A stretch of 64,000 bases of DNA. Source: a virus. The position numbers and the translations under genes were made by a program. Positions 19,151 through 27,594 of the stretch are shown here, in pieces (the first letter of the stretch is position 1; each line of letters starts with the position of its first letter). The notes beneath the pieces were generated by a model that was not told the origin of the DNA, made no database searches, and saw only the letters and a program-made list of their open reading frames with translations. The stretch covers positions 32,001 to 96,000 of IMG/VR virus record IMGVR_UViG_3300036715_002570; one strand, given 5' to 3'.

Positions 19151-20943
19151 TGTCCGCAGGATCAATCCTCAATCTGTCACCAAGTGAAGGCACCACAGGC
19201 CAAGCAGTTCCAGGAGTTGCTCAATTGTTGGGCTACTCCAGCGGCGGTACGTTAACAGGTGTTGCTGTTTCAGCCGGTCTGCCCGTATCACTAAACCAGA
19301 TTTACTACCCCTCAAGCGCCGCCAACAGCAGCACCGTCCAGCTCGCAGCAGGCGCCTCATTCACAGGCTCAATTGAAACGATCCTGAGTCTCCAAGCGGC
19401 GCAGATTGAAATCGTTTGCGATCAACCGTACACTGTAACGATCAACCAGTACATCGATGCTGCAGGAACGAAGCTGTCGAGCACAGACGTGTTCACTATT
19501 GGTGCAGGCGTACCGTTTTCTCAGAACGTAACGCTGCCAGGCAACTACTTTAATTTGGTTGTAACAAACAATGGTGTTGTACCAACGACAACGCTGACGA
19601 TTAACACCACGTTTGGTATCATGGATACGTTGCCGCGTACGCTTACGCTGCTTGGTAATGCTCGCGTCGCTCTGAATGAAGTTGGTGGCACTGCACTGAC
19701 GCTTGGACAAAAGACGTCCGCGGGCTCCATTCCCGTCGTCCTCCCATCGGATCAGGTCGTCATAGTACAAGACACAGACAGCTCCGTTGTGTACTCCGCA
19801 ACGTTGAATGCTATCGGTTACGGTACGTCAATCGACACCTCAGGCGCAGGTGCTGTAACGTTCCAATTTGTCGGCTCCGGCTTCTGGAACATTGGAATTG
19901 AAGGTAGTAACAACAACACCAACTGGGCTCCCGTGTTGATCCAACGCCTGGACAGCAACACTCTGACAGAATATGTTGGTCATGCTGGCAACTTTGCCGT
20001 TAAGACCAGTACGCGCTACCTACGTCTGAACGTTCGCGCGATCGTTGGAACGGCTACAGTCACAGCAGTAGCCCGCAACACTGTGGGGCCAAGCCCGTCA
20101 GACTTGCTAGCTCTTGCTCTTGATTCAGAACACAACGTCCAAATGAACGTCAACTTGGCATCCGGCCTAAAGACGGACGCTGTACAGGCGATGGTTCCGA
20201 GCGACGCCCCACTGCCAATCACGATTCAAGCAGCTGTCAACACGCCGTTCATCATTGACACGCAAGGTTACTCAACATTGCACTTGACCACTGCTGCTCT
20301 TGCAGGTGCACTAACGTGCTCCAACGATAAGGTTACGTGGTCTGCTTTGCAGGCTGTACCAATCGCAATTGCCGCACCAGTGAGTTCGATTGTGGCCAAC
20401 ACTGGTTACGTGATCAACTGCTCGGCACGATACATTCGTATCGTGCCGACGACTGCTGGTACAGCAGTCGGTTACCTGCGCGCCGCCGCTCCTGCCCTAA
20501 CTACGTCAAACATCGCATTCGTTGGTAACTCACTGACCGCGTCGCCAGGCCTTGCCGGCGCATTTGCAGTTGGTGGCGGTACAGCTGCTGGCGCCGCTAC
20601 ATCAATGTACCCGGTTCTTGTAGGTGGTGTTGATACCGGCGCCCTCGTTCGTCGTCTCCTAACAGATACTGCAGGCCGTCTTGCTGTAGCAGCCGATCAG
20701 GTTGGCTCGGGTGTTCGCGCTCCAAGTACACAAACGTCATATTTGAACGGTGCAGCACTAAATATACAGGACACGTCGCAGTTTGAAGGTCAATCATTCG
20801 TAGAACTGCTGGCTCAGATCCTCCTCGAACTGAGGATTATGAACCAGTATATGTATGATCTGCCAGAAACCCTACAGAGCGGTTATGGCTTTACCTCTGA
20901 ACCGCAACACTTCCGTGCTGATACCACGGTATTCAACCTATAA
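19150..20943 (+). CDS. tail fibre / virion structural protein
   Basis: 597 aa, beta-rich, within structural operon. Confidence 0.6.
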   Translation: MSAGSILNLSPSEGTTGQAVPGVAQLLGYSSGGTLTGVAVSAGLPVSLNQIYYPSSAANSSTVQLAAGASFTGSIETILSLQAAQIEIVCDQPYTVTINQYIDAAGTKLSSTDVFTIGAGVPFSQNVTLPGNYFNLVVTNNGVVPTTTLTINTTFGIMDTLPRTLTLLGNARVALNEVGGTALTLGQKTSAGSIPVVLPSDQVVIVQDTDSSVVYSATLNAIGYGTSIDTSGAGAVTFQFVGSGFWNIGIEGSNNNTNWAPVLIQRLDSNTLTEYVGHAGNFAVKTSTRYLRLNVRAIVGTATVTAVARNTVGPSPSDLLALALDSEHNVQMNVNLASGLKTDAVQAMVPSDAPLPITIQAAVNTPFIIDTQGYSTLHLTTAALAGALTCSNDKVTWSALQAVPIAIAAPVSSIVANTGYVINCSARYIRIVPTTAGTAVGYLRAAAPALTTSNIAFVGNSLTASPGLAGAFAVGGGTAAGAATSMYPVLVGGVDTGALVRRLLTDTAGRLAVAADQVGSGVRAPSTQTSYLNGAALNIQDTSQFEGQSFVELLAQILLELRIMNQYMYDLPETLQSGYGFTSEPQHFRADTTVFNL

Positions 20944-20958
20944 CCCGGAGAGAAACTC

Positions 20959-21579
20959 ATGCTAGTACAATCACAAGTCGGTCCAGTAACAGCCGTTACT
21001 TCTATTTCAGCAGGTACCCAGCCGCCTCTGCGTGCTGGTCAGATGGGTGACGTTATCGTCTCCGAACTGCACGGCCGTTACTACGAAACCTCATATCGTC
21101 GCGCGCTGTACGCAGCTGCCAACCAGGCTGCCCAGGCAACAACTGTTGCTCTTGCAACAACCTACACTGGCCTCTGCTTGTCAAATCCTGCTGGCTCTAC
21201 AGTCAACTTGGTACTGAATAAAGTTGGCCTCACACTGACTGTTGCTCCTGCCGCCGCCGCTTCGCTTGGCATCATGACTGGTTACAACAGCACAACCAAC
21301 GTGACCCACACCACGCCTGTGACACCTCGTTCACAGTTCTTCGGTGCTGGTGCCGCTGGTATCGGGTTGGTTGATGCTGCCGCCACTCTACCAACCGCTC
21401 CCGTGGTCAACACGATGCTGATGGGTGGTTTCACAGCTGCCGCTCTGCCAAGCACTTCCCCAGCTCTAATCGACTTGGAAGGCTCGATCATTCTGCCTCC
21501 GGGCGCCTACGCTGCGATCTACACACTGACGGCCGTTACTGGTATGTTCAGCTTCCAGTGGGAAGAAGTTCCAATCTAA
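20959..21579 (+). CDS. virion structural protein
   Basis: ELHGRYYE...F.WEEVP, last gene before a terminator. Confidence 0.6.
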   Translation: MLVQSQVGPVTAVTSISAGTQPPLRAGQMGDVIVSELHGRYYETSYRRALYAAANQAAQATTVALATTYTGLCLSNPAGSTVNLVLNKVGLTLTVAPAAAASLGIMTGYNSTTNVTHTTPVTPRSQFFGAGAAGIGLVDAAATLPTAPVVNTMLMGGFTAAALPSTSPALIDLEGSIILPPGAYAAIYTLTAVTGMFSFQWEEVPI

Positions 21580-21598
21580 TCGTACGTTGGTTAGACGA

Positions 21599-21626
21599 AG
21601 AAAAAGGGCCATATGGCCCTTTTTCT
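21599..21626. terminator. bidirectional intrinsic terminator
   Basis: AAAAAGGGCC-ATAT-GGCCCTTTTT. Confidence 0.7.
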
Positions 21627-21887
21627 GTTTATATCATCGCCCACAGTTTCATCCCGTTGTCTATCATCGCTTCTTGGATCTCGTTCAGATCTTTTCCTTG
21701 GTCAGCACAGGACATGGTTTGGGCGATTACCCAGATGCACGCTGCCGTCGATATCAAGCATCCGGTCTTCACGAACCTTAACTTTGATGTAGAACCCATC
21801 ATCTTTGCACCGTTGCAGAGCCATCTTTTTTGTATTGATCGAATGGGATTTCTGGCTCCAGGTTGGCTAGTTTAATTTTGTGGAGTT

Positions 21888-22514
21888 TCATAGTCGCGCC
21901 TGCGCTTTCATCCCTGCATCCAGTAGTTCTTCTTGGAATTGATTGATGTCATGGTGTGAGACGTCAAAGTTGATGTTGCGTTTTGACCGCACAATGTGTA
22001 CTGATGAAATTCCTGGGATTAGTGCTAGCCCAAGGATGTTGGTCATATTAGGAGACAAGTATACTCCCTCCTTGACTACGAGGGCCTTGTGCGTCTTGTG
22101 AATGCCAGACAATGACTGGATATTCTCTAGGTACATCAGATTCAGGAACCTCCCAATCTTCGTTGGCATGTGCTCCAACGAAGTCAGCTTAGGATTATAC
22201 TTGATGGATAGCATGCCGCCAACTTGTGAAGGTGCAAATGCCAAAGTCGTCAGCTGACGACTCATAGACATGTCACCACCAACCACAGATGGAGCTCCCC
22301 TCAACGTTGTCAGATAAGAGCAGTAGAAGTTACCTGTCACAATGCCAAATTGCACAGGTAACACACTTTCGTCGTAGCTGATACTACCATTAACGTGAAC
22401 AATCCCGTCCTTATCAGCGTTCCATTGACCGGCAATGTTGAACCGATCCATCACTCTATCGAGGTCCCCAGGGAACGTTGCAGACGTTGAATCAAGAATT
22501 TCGGTTAAGCGCAT
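21888..22514 (-). CDS. leucine-rich-repeat-like late protein
   Basis: LTTL.GAP..VGG repeats; MRLTEILD N-terminus; late promoter. Confidence 0.65.
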   Translation of the reverse strand: MRLTEILDSTSATFPGDLDRVMDRFNIAGQWNADKDGIVHVNGSISYDESVLPVQFGIVTGNFYCSYLTTLRGAPSVVGGDMSMSRQLTTLAFAPSQVGGMLSIKYNPKLTSLEHMPTKIGRFLNLMYLENIQSLSGIHKTHKALVVKEGVYLSPNMTNILGLALIPGISSVHIVRSKRNINFDVSHHDINQFQEELLDAGMKAQARL

Positions 22515-22677
22515 AGCAATCCTTCTTTCAAGTTATTTATCTGACCCCGTTGACTCAATAGGCTAAGTGACGGATAGTCAACGAACTGATTTCAACATCG
22601 CGATTGCAACTTTTCTTGCAGTTGCCATAAATACCCATACAGACAATCACGTCTACCAAATACAAGAGTTACACGAA

Positions 22678-22758
22678 ATGTTCACCACAACTGTTATCAC
22701 CGTCAAGGTCGTGACAAATGCGATTAAAAATTCGCAGGGGACTCTTCGTACCAATTAA
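22678..22758 (+). CDS. attenuator leader peptide of the tRNA operon, MFTTTVITVKVVTNAIKNSQGTLRTN
   Basis: Short ORF after promoter 22626; composition matches the downstream tRNA isotypes; 3' end overlaps the antiterminator strand. Confidence 0.8.
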   Translation: MFTTTVITVKVVTNAIKNSQGTLRTN

Positions 22759-22813
22759 GCATCTGCTAATTAACACAAGAGCCCCGCAGAACTAGTTTCT
22801 CCGGGGCTTTTTT
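22734..22813 (+). terminator. attenuator: antiterminator (22734-46 with 22777-87) versus intrinsic terminator (22777-22813)
   Basis: GCAGGGGACTCTT pairs with AAGAGCCCCGC; alternatively AGCCCCG...CGGGGCT followed by a U-run. Confidence 0.85.
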
Positions 22814-22889
22814 GTTAGTTTGTCGAAATTGAAACCAGCTCGATTCCGCGCGTCAACATGCGAACCGCGGCAGCATTTCAACCAGATAC

Positions 22890-22905
22890 TGTTCTTTTAC
22901 AATTT
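22890..22905 (+). promoter_or_regulatory. boxA-like Nus antitermination site
   Basis: TGTTCTTTTACAATTT versus rrn boxA TGCTCTTTAACAATTT, 12 nt before the first tRNA. Confidence 0.7.
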
Positions 22906-22916
22906 GCGCACGTTTT

Positions 22917-22987
22917 GGGCTTGAAGCTTTAAGGTGAAGCAGCGGACTTTTAATCCGCAGAAGAGGGGTCAGTACCCTCCAGGCCTA
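22917..22987 (+). tRNA. tRNA-Lys(TTT)
   Basis: GGGCTTG/CAGGCCT; GCGGA-CTTTTAA-TCCGC. Confidence 0.85.
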
Positions 22988-23003
22988 CAAATGTGTCTAT
23001 TGC

Positions 23004-23091
23004 TCCGTCCGGGCTGGCTTGGTGAAGGCCTCTGACTGTTAATCAGAAGGATGCAGAAAATGCATGCGAGGATCGTAACCTCGGGACGGAG
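23004..23091 (+). tRNA. tRNA-Asn(GTT) with long variable arm
   Basis: TCCGTCC/GGACGGA; TCTGA-CTGTTAA-TCAGA; extra arm ATGCA-GAAAA-TGCAT. Confidence 0.8.
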
Positions 23092-23110
23092 CAATAGACA
23101 CTTAGACAAT

Positions 23111-23186
23111 TCCTCTTTAGCTCAGTTGGTAGAGCGTTGCACTGTTAATGCAAATGTCGTTGGTTCGAACCCAGCAAGAGGAGCCA
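23111..23186 (+). tRNA. tRNA-Asn(GTT)
   Basis: Canonical cloverleaf, CCA end. Confidence 0.95.
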
Positions 23187-23191
23187 AATTT

Positions 23192-23265
23192 GGGATGCAA
23201 GCTTTAAGGTGAAGCAACTGGCTCTTACCCAGTAGAACTCGGTTCAATACCGTGGCGTCCTACCA
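23192..23265 (+). tRNA. tRNA-Lys(CTT)
   Basis: ACTGG-CTCTTAC-CCAGT, CCA end. Confidence 0.9.
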
Positions 23266-23267
23266 CT

Positions 23268-23339
23268 CTTCCGTTGGTGTAATTGGCAACACAGCTGGCT
23301 TTTACGCAGTCGTTCTCGAATCGTTGCCGAGGCGGAGGA
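23268..23339 (+). tRNA. degenerate tRNA with TTT anticodon (Lys)
   Basis: D-arm GTGT/ACAC intact; acceptor and T-arm weak. Confidence 0.5.
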
Positions 23340-23382
23340 CTTAGACGATTATAGAACAACATAATATCTGGAGACGAAATAG

Positions 23383-23619
23383 ATGATTGGTGTCACGACC
23401 CTCTCGCGTGAAGAACGCGTTAAGCTGAAGAAGGCGCTCGAACGAATCGAGGAAGAAGCAACGAAGACGTACGCGATCACACTAAAGATCGTCGTCAAGG
23501 AAACTCGCAGTGACGACCTTGCAGAACCGGGAAGTGCAGTTGACAGCATTGTTGACGTGCTGCTACCTGGCTCTGAAAGGCTGGTCGTCCTCAACCTGAC
23601 GTTCCCTGACGAAGAATAA
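23383..23619 (+). CDS. hypothetical protein
   Basis: GGAG RBS, within tRNA cluster. Confidence 0.6.
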   Translation: MIGVTTLSREERVKLKKALERIEEEATKTYAITLKIVVKETRSDDLAEPGSAVDSIVDVLLPGSERLVVLNLTFPDEE

Positions 23620-23629
23620 CAGGACAAAT

Positions 23630-23701
23630 TACCGCGTAGCTCAGAAGTAGAGCAACACTCTTACAAAGTGAAGGTCGAGATTGCAAAATTCTCCGTGGCA
23701 A
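23630..23701 (+). tRNA. tRNA-Val(TAC), atypical T-loop
   Basis: CACT-CTTACAA-AGTG; D-arm GCTC/GAGC. Confidence 0.7.
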
Positions 23702-23707
23702 CAAAAT

Positions 23708-23781
23708 GGTCGCGTAGCTCAATTGGTAGAGCGTTCTCTTGATAGGGGGAATGGTTGTAGGTTCAACTCCTACCGTGGCCA
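23708..23781 (+). tRNA. tRNA-Ile(GAT)
   Basis: GGTCGCG/CGTGGCC; loop TTGATAG. Confidence 0.85.
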
Positions 23782-23788
23782 CAAATAT

Positions 23789-23860
23789 ACCCGCGTAATT
23801 CAGTGGTAGAATGCACGCTTGATAGGCGTGAGGTCGTAGGTTCAAGTCCTACCGTGGGTA
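23789..23860 (+). tRNA. tRNA-Ile(GAT)
   Basis: ACCCGCG/CGTGGGT; CACGC-TTGATAG-GCGTG. Confidence 0.9.
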
Positions 23861-23923
23861 CAATGTTTAGGATACGGTACTATACCATATCGACTCATAA
23901 ATAACTTCAGCACAGGAGTTAGC

Positions 23924-24562
23924 ATGCAGTCTATGGAAATTATTCGTCAGGTGGAGATTGAGCGGCTTATTGAGGCATATGCTGAAACAGGGTCAATCGC
24001 AGGTGTGGGTCGAGTGATGGGAATATCTGTTAAGGCTCCATGTGTTCGCAAGCTAATAAAGCAGCGCCTGGCAGCAGCAAGCCCATCATTAATGAAGGAG
24101 CATTCCGCCCGCGGATCGTATAGCATTGAGCAAATAAGAGCTGCAGTAGCGAAATCGATCTGTATGTCAGAAGTGTTGCGAGAAATTGGATTAAGTACAC
24201 ATGGGTCTTGCGCTAATGTAATCAAGCGAATCATGAAAGAACACAACATTCTTTCAGATCACTTTGATCCTGCTTTGGCGCTTCGTAAAGGTAACGCTCG
24301 TAGATGGTCACCAGACGAAGTGTTTATCGAGCACAGCCCAATCCCACGGGCCACTCTGCACACGCATGTTAAACGGCATAACGTAATTGGGACACCGGTG
24401 TGCAGTGAATGTGGAGTTGCAACTACTTACAATCGTAAGCCGATTTCTCTGACCGTTGACCATATAAACGGCGTTAGTGATGATAATCGAATAGAAAATC
24501 TAAGGTGGCTATGTCCAAATTGTCATTCACAGACGAGTACGTATTGTGGGAAGAACAAGTGA
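23924..24562 (+). CDS. HNH homing endonuclease (paralogue 2)
   Basis: LTVDHINGVSDDNRIENLRWLCPNCH; own late promoter. Confidence 0.9.
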   Translation: MQSMEIIRQVEIERLIEAYAETGSIAGVGRVMGISVKAPCVRKLIKQRLAAASPSLMKEHSARGSYSIEQIRAAVAKSICMSEVLREIGLSTHGSCANVIKRIMKEHNILSDHFDPALALRKGNARRWSPDEVFIEHSPIPRATLHTHVKRHNVIGTPVCSECGVATTYNRKPISLTVDHINGVSDDNRIENLRWLCPNCHSQTSTYCGKNK

Positions 24563-24590
24563 CGGTGTTTCTTGCAGAGAAGTAAAGAAC

Positions 24591-24663
24591 GGGCCTCTAG
24601 TATAGGGGATATTATGCCGTGCTTGCACCGCAGAGACCTAGGGTTCGATTCCCTTCTCTCCTA
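24591..24663 (+). pseudogene. chimeric tRNA: Ala(TGC) 5' half joined to a Val-like 3' half
   Basis: GGGCCTC does not pair with CTCTCCT; CCGTG does not pair with CGCAG. Confidence 0.6.
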
Positions 24664-25110
24664 CAAATAAAAAAGACATGCACACGATGCAAGCAAGAAA
24701 AGCTTCTACAAGACTTCACACGAGACTCATCCCAAAAAGAAGGACATTATTCTGCTTGTAAATTGTGCAAGCGTTTCACAGCCAGGATTCGTCATAAAGG
24801 TGATAATGTGGCGCAGGCGCGAAACAAGCTAAGAGTACAGCAAACATCGCAGATGATTCGTGATAAAAAGTCTTCAGGATGCATTGTATGTGGTGAGCTT
24901 GAGCCAGTCTGCTTAGATTTACACCACACGGATCCAAGTAAGAAAGACGTTGATCCAAACAAGCTGTGGAACCGTGTGTGGGATAAGTTCATGCAGGAGG
25001 CACAAAAGTGTATTGTCGTGTGTAGTAACTGTCACAAAAAGATTCATGCAGGGATGATCGTCAGCCAGTGTGACGGGACTGCAACAATGTTAAGAGCTGA
25101 TCAAGTGTAA
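24619..25110 (+). CDS. HNH-type endonuclease overlapping tRNAs at both ends
   Basis: CTRC, CKLC, CIVCG...LDLHH.DP, KCIVVCSNCH.KIH. Confidence 0.75.
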   Translation: MLAPQRPRVRFPSLLQIKKTCTRCKQEKLLQDFTRDSSQKEGHYSACKLCKRFTARIRHKGDNVAQARNKLRVQQTSQMIRDKKSSGCIVCGELEPVCLDLHHTDPSKKDVDPNKLWNRVWDKFMQEAQKCIVVCSNCHKKIHAGMIVSQCDGTATMLRADQV

Positions 25111-25167
25111 GTGGTGACACGCCTCTCTCGTAAGGAGGAGAACGGAGTTCAATTCTCCGGATCAGCA
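25096..25167 (+). tRNA. tRNA-Thr(CGT)
   Basis: GCTGATC/GATCAGC; CCTCT-CTCGTAA-GGAGG. Confidence 0.88.
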
Positions 25168-25173
25168 CAAATT

Positions 25174-25244
25174 GCCCCTATAGTTAAATGGTATAACAGG
25201 ACCTTTGTAACGTTCAGTCCACAGTTCGATTCTGTGTAGGGGCA
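25174..25244 (+). tRNA. tRNA-Thr(TGT)
   Basis: GCCCCTA/TAGGGGC; loop TTTGTAA. Confidence 0.85.
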
Positions 25245-25353
25245 CACACTGCAAACAATGGAGGATGCTATGACACAGCTAAACGCAGAACCAATGGAGT
25301 ACCGCGCAAGTCGGTAAACGGAGTTTCAAACAAGTTCAAACAAGTTCAAACGA

Positions 25354-25692
25354 ATGTCTGAACTTTACAGGCACTTTTCCAAAGACTGGGAGCATGTACT
25401 TGATTACTCTGATCAAGCACTACTCGACTTGTACAACCAAGAATCATACGGTGGCCGCGTAGAGTCCAACAACGGATTCGCTGTCGGTAAGAAATGGTTG
25501 AACGTCTACGTAACAGCATGGAAACAATCGATCAGAGAAGGTACTCTGTTCGTCCATGAACTGTACGAAGACCCAGGTTTCCCACATTGGTGGCTAGATA
25601 GCGTACTGAAGGGTGTGTACGACAATCTAGACGTCTGGTGGCAAGACTACAGCAAGACGAAAGTACATCATGATCTCACAAGCGCTTCATAG
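25354..25692 (+). CDS. hypothetical protein
   Basis: ORF. Confidence 0.6.
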   Translation: MSELYRHFSKDWEHVLDYSDQALLDLYNQESYGGRVESNNGFAVGKKWLNVYVTAWKQSIREGTLFVHELYEDPGFPHWWLDSVLKGVYDNLDVWWQDYSKTKVHHDLTSAS

Positions 25693-25993
25693 CAAGTTTC
25701 TAACAAACACAGACGATACGGGCCGATTTGTTGTGTATTCACAGCGAACCGGTCGTCGGTACTACGTTGAGCCGATCGAAACACAACACACCCCCAAGTG
25801 GGGTTCAGTTGATCCAGCAACGGGTGAACTGATGCACAAGAAAGGCGATGGCAAGTACCGTGGCGGTGTCTCTCCAAAGGAGAGCCTGGTCACAGCTGAA
25901 AACGGGTTCAGCATCATTCATGAGCTTGGTATTGGCGTGAGCCCACACCATGCAATCGATGTGATTGATGCTAAGTATCCAGACAAAGCATAA
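25670..25993 (+). CDS. conserved hypothetical protein
   Basis: TGRFVVYS.RTGR.YYVEPI...WGS.DPATG...KY.G pattern. Confidence 0.65.
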   Translation: MISQALHSKFLTNTDDTGRFVVYSQRTGRRYYVEPIETQHTPKWGSVDPATGELMHKKGDGKYRGGVSPKESLVTAENGFSIIHELGIGVSPHHAIDVIDAKYPDKA

Positions 25994-26079
25994 CAGGCCA
26001 ATGTACAAACAGTGTCCCGGGTTCATTGTTATGCTGTAGTAGGGTTTCCTCACTTTGTCCCACCTATACAAAGTGATAC

Positions 26080-26153
26080 GGGGGCGGGGTGTTTACCGGA
26101 TAGCATATTACCCTTGCAAGGTTTTGGATCGAGTTCGAGTCTCGACGCCTCCA
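26080..26153 (+). tRNA. tRNA-Ala(TGC)
   Basis: GGGGGCG/CGCCTCC with G3:U70; loop CTTGCAA. Confidence 0.85.
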
Positions 26154-26448
26154 CAAACGCTGTTGATTTACCCTGTTGTAATCGAGAAGATTATGTCACA
26201 AATGGGAATAGTCAGGGGCGAGAAATGGAAAAAGCACTCGTGGTATTCGGTTGCACGATAGTTGGCGGTGGTGCTGGCTATCTAGTCAGCCCCGATGGAA
26301 CTGCCGTGACAATCGGAAGTGCAGTCGGTTTTCTGATTGGCTGCATGTTGGTCAGTGGCAGCGGCGGCGACGGCGGAAGTGCAGCGATCGTTGACCTGAT
26401 TGACGACCTCACTGACGGCTTCGCAACCAGTCACCACTGACAATTTTT

Positions 26449-26514
26449 GGGGATTAGTACAGCTGGAAAAACGCTAGCCTTGCACGCTTGAGTCAGGAGT
26501 TCGATCCTCCACCA
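26449..26514 (+). pseudogene. tRNA-Ala(TGC) with collapsed 3' end
   Basis: TTCGATCCTCCACCA: T-stem and acceptor 3' strands merged, consistent with loss of one ATCCTCC repeat. Confidence 0.6.
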
Positions 26515-26541
26515 GCTAGAAGTCAAACAAAGACAAATAAT

Positions 26542-26615
26542 AGCTCCATAGCTCAATGGTAGAGCACTGCGTTGACATCGCAGATACGAAGGTTCGATTC
26601 CTTCTGGAGCTACCA
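26542..26615 (+). tRNA. tRNA-Val(GAC)
   Basis: AGCTCCA/TGGAGCT; CTGCG-TTGACAT-CGCAG; CCA. Confidence 0.93.
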
Positions 26616-26626
26616 ATTAAAGGAAC

Positions 26627-26959
26627 ATGATGATTTACGTCGCAGCACCACACAGCGACCCTGATCTTGCGATCAAGGACGCTAGGGTGCGCGAGTTCTA
26701 CGAGTTTGAGACCACCAAATATAGTCAGATGCCTGATGATTGGGTCTACTGGCAACAGTACAGTGAGCAAATGCTGAGCAAGTGTGACGGGATGGTCTTG
26801 CTGCTGCTAGAAGGCTGGGATAAGTCGACGGGCGTCCTCGCAGAACTCCGTACTGCCGAGACAACGGAATCCCATCCTCGTGACGGATGTCCGCTGGAAG
26901 CAGTTGTACGTTCCCGGACAGGGAATCGAATCATTCGTCATCAAACTGATAACCACTAA
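26627..26959 (+). CDS. DUF1937-like protein, possibly internally deleted
   Basis: IYVAAPHS, GWDKSTGVLAE. Confidence 0.55.
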   Translation: MMIYVAAPHSDPDLAIKDARVREFYEFETTKYSQMPDDWVYWQQYSEQMLSKCDGMVLLLLEGWDKSTGVLAELRTAETTESHPRDGCPLEAVVRSRTGNRIIRHQTDNH

Positions 26960-26986
26960 ATAAGTGGTCCAGTTAAGGGAGCCCTT

Positions 26987-27145
26987 ATGCGTCTGCAAGA
27001 CCTTTCATTCATCACAGAACAACAACTCCGTGAGCAAGCTGTTGCCCAACAGGCTCATGCTTTGCTAGAATCTGCAACTCCTGAGGAACTGATTTTGTCG
27101 GAACCTCGCAGCGCAGAAGACGTAATTGCGGAGTTGTACAAGTGA
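26987..27145 (+). CDS. small acidic protein, putative antitoxin
   Basis: 52 aa ending SAEDVIAELYK; GTGA overlap with the RelE-like gene; promoter CTAAATA. Confidence 0.55.
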   Translation: MRLQDLSFITEQQLREQAVAQQAHALLESATPEELILSEPRSAEDVIAELYK

Positions 27146-27495
27146 TCGAAGTTCGCACGTGCATCTTGTTTCGTAAAACCTCGGTACAGCACTCACGTGA
27201 TCCGCGAGTGCGCGACAAGATCGTAGACTTCATCCGATTCAAGTCAGAGCACCCCCTTGAGTTGTATGGCTCGAAGGATCGTGCGTTTGCTAATGAAGGC
27301 AACTTGCGTGGTTTCATCCACGCAGGCCTAACGTTTGACGTTTCGATCGTGTACAAGATTGGGATGGTCGGTGGTAAGCGGACGTTGGATCTGTACGGCG
27401 TGTTCTCCCACGACGAGCTTGGTACAGGCCAGCCTCGTAACATCAATCGTCAACGTTCTGCTGGTGAAAAGCTGCGGAACCAAGAGATGGAGTAA
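27142..27495 (+). CDS. RelE/YafQ-like ribonuclease toxin
   Basis: L.G..HA.L..DVSIVYKI...L.LYGVFSHDEL. Confidence 0.65.
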   Translation: MIEVRTCILFRKTSVQHSRDPRVRDKIVDFIRFKSEHPLELYGSKDRAFANEGNLRGFIHAGLTFDVSIVYKIGMVGGKRTLDLYGVFSHDELGTGQPRNINRQRSAGEKLRNQEME

Positions 27496-27510
27496 CGCTC
27501 CATCTTTCAT

Positions 27511-27581
27511 GCTCTGTTAGTATAGTGGGATAATAACTCCTTGGTACGGAGTAGACACAGGTTCAATTCCTGTACAGAGCA
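27511..27581 (+). tRNA. tRNA-Thr(GGT)
   Basis: GCTCTGT/ACAGAGC; ACTCC-TTGGTAC-GGAGT. Confidence 0.88.
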
Positions 27582-27594
27582 CAAAACATCGCCT

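Noticed and set aside
25322-25351. CRISPR-like repeat (AAGTTCAAAC x3)
   Set aside because: Short tandem repeat without spacers, and no cas genes
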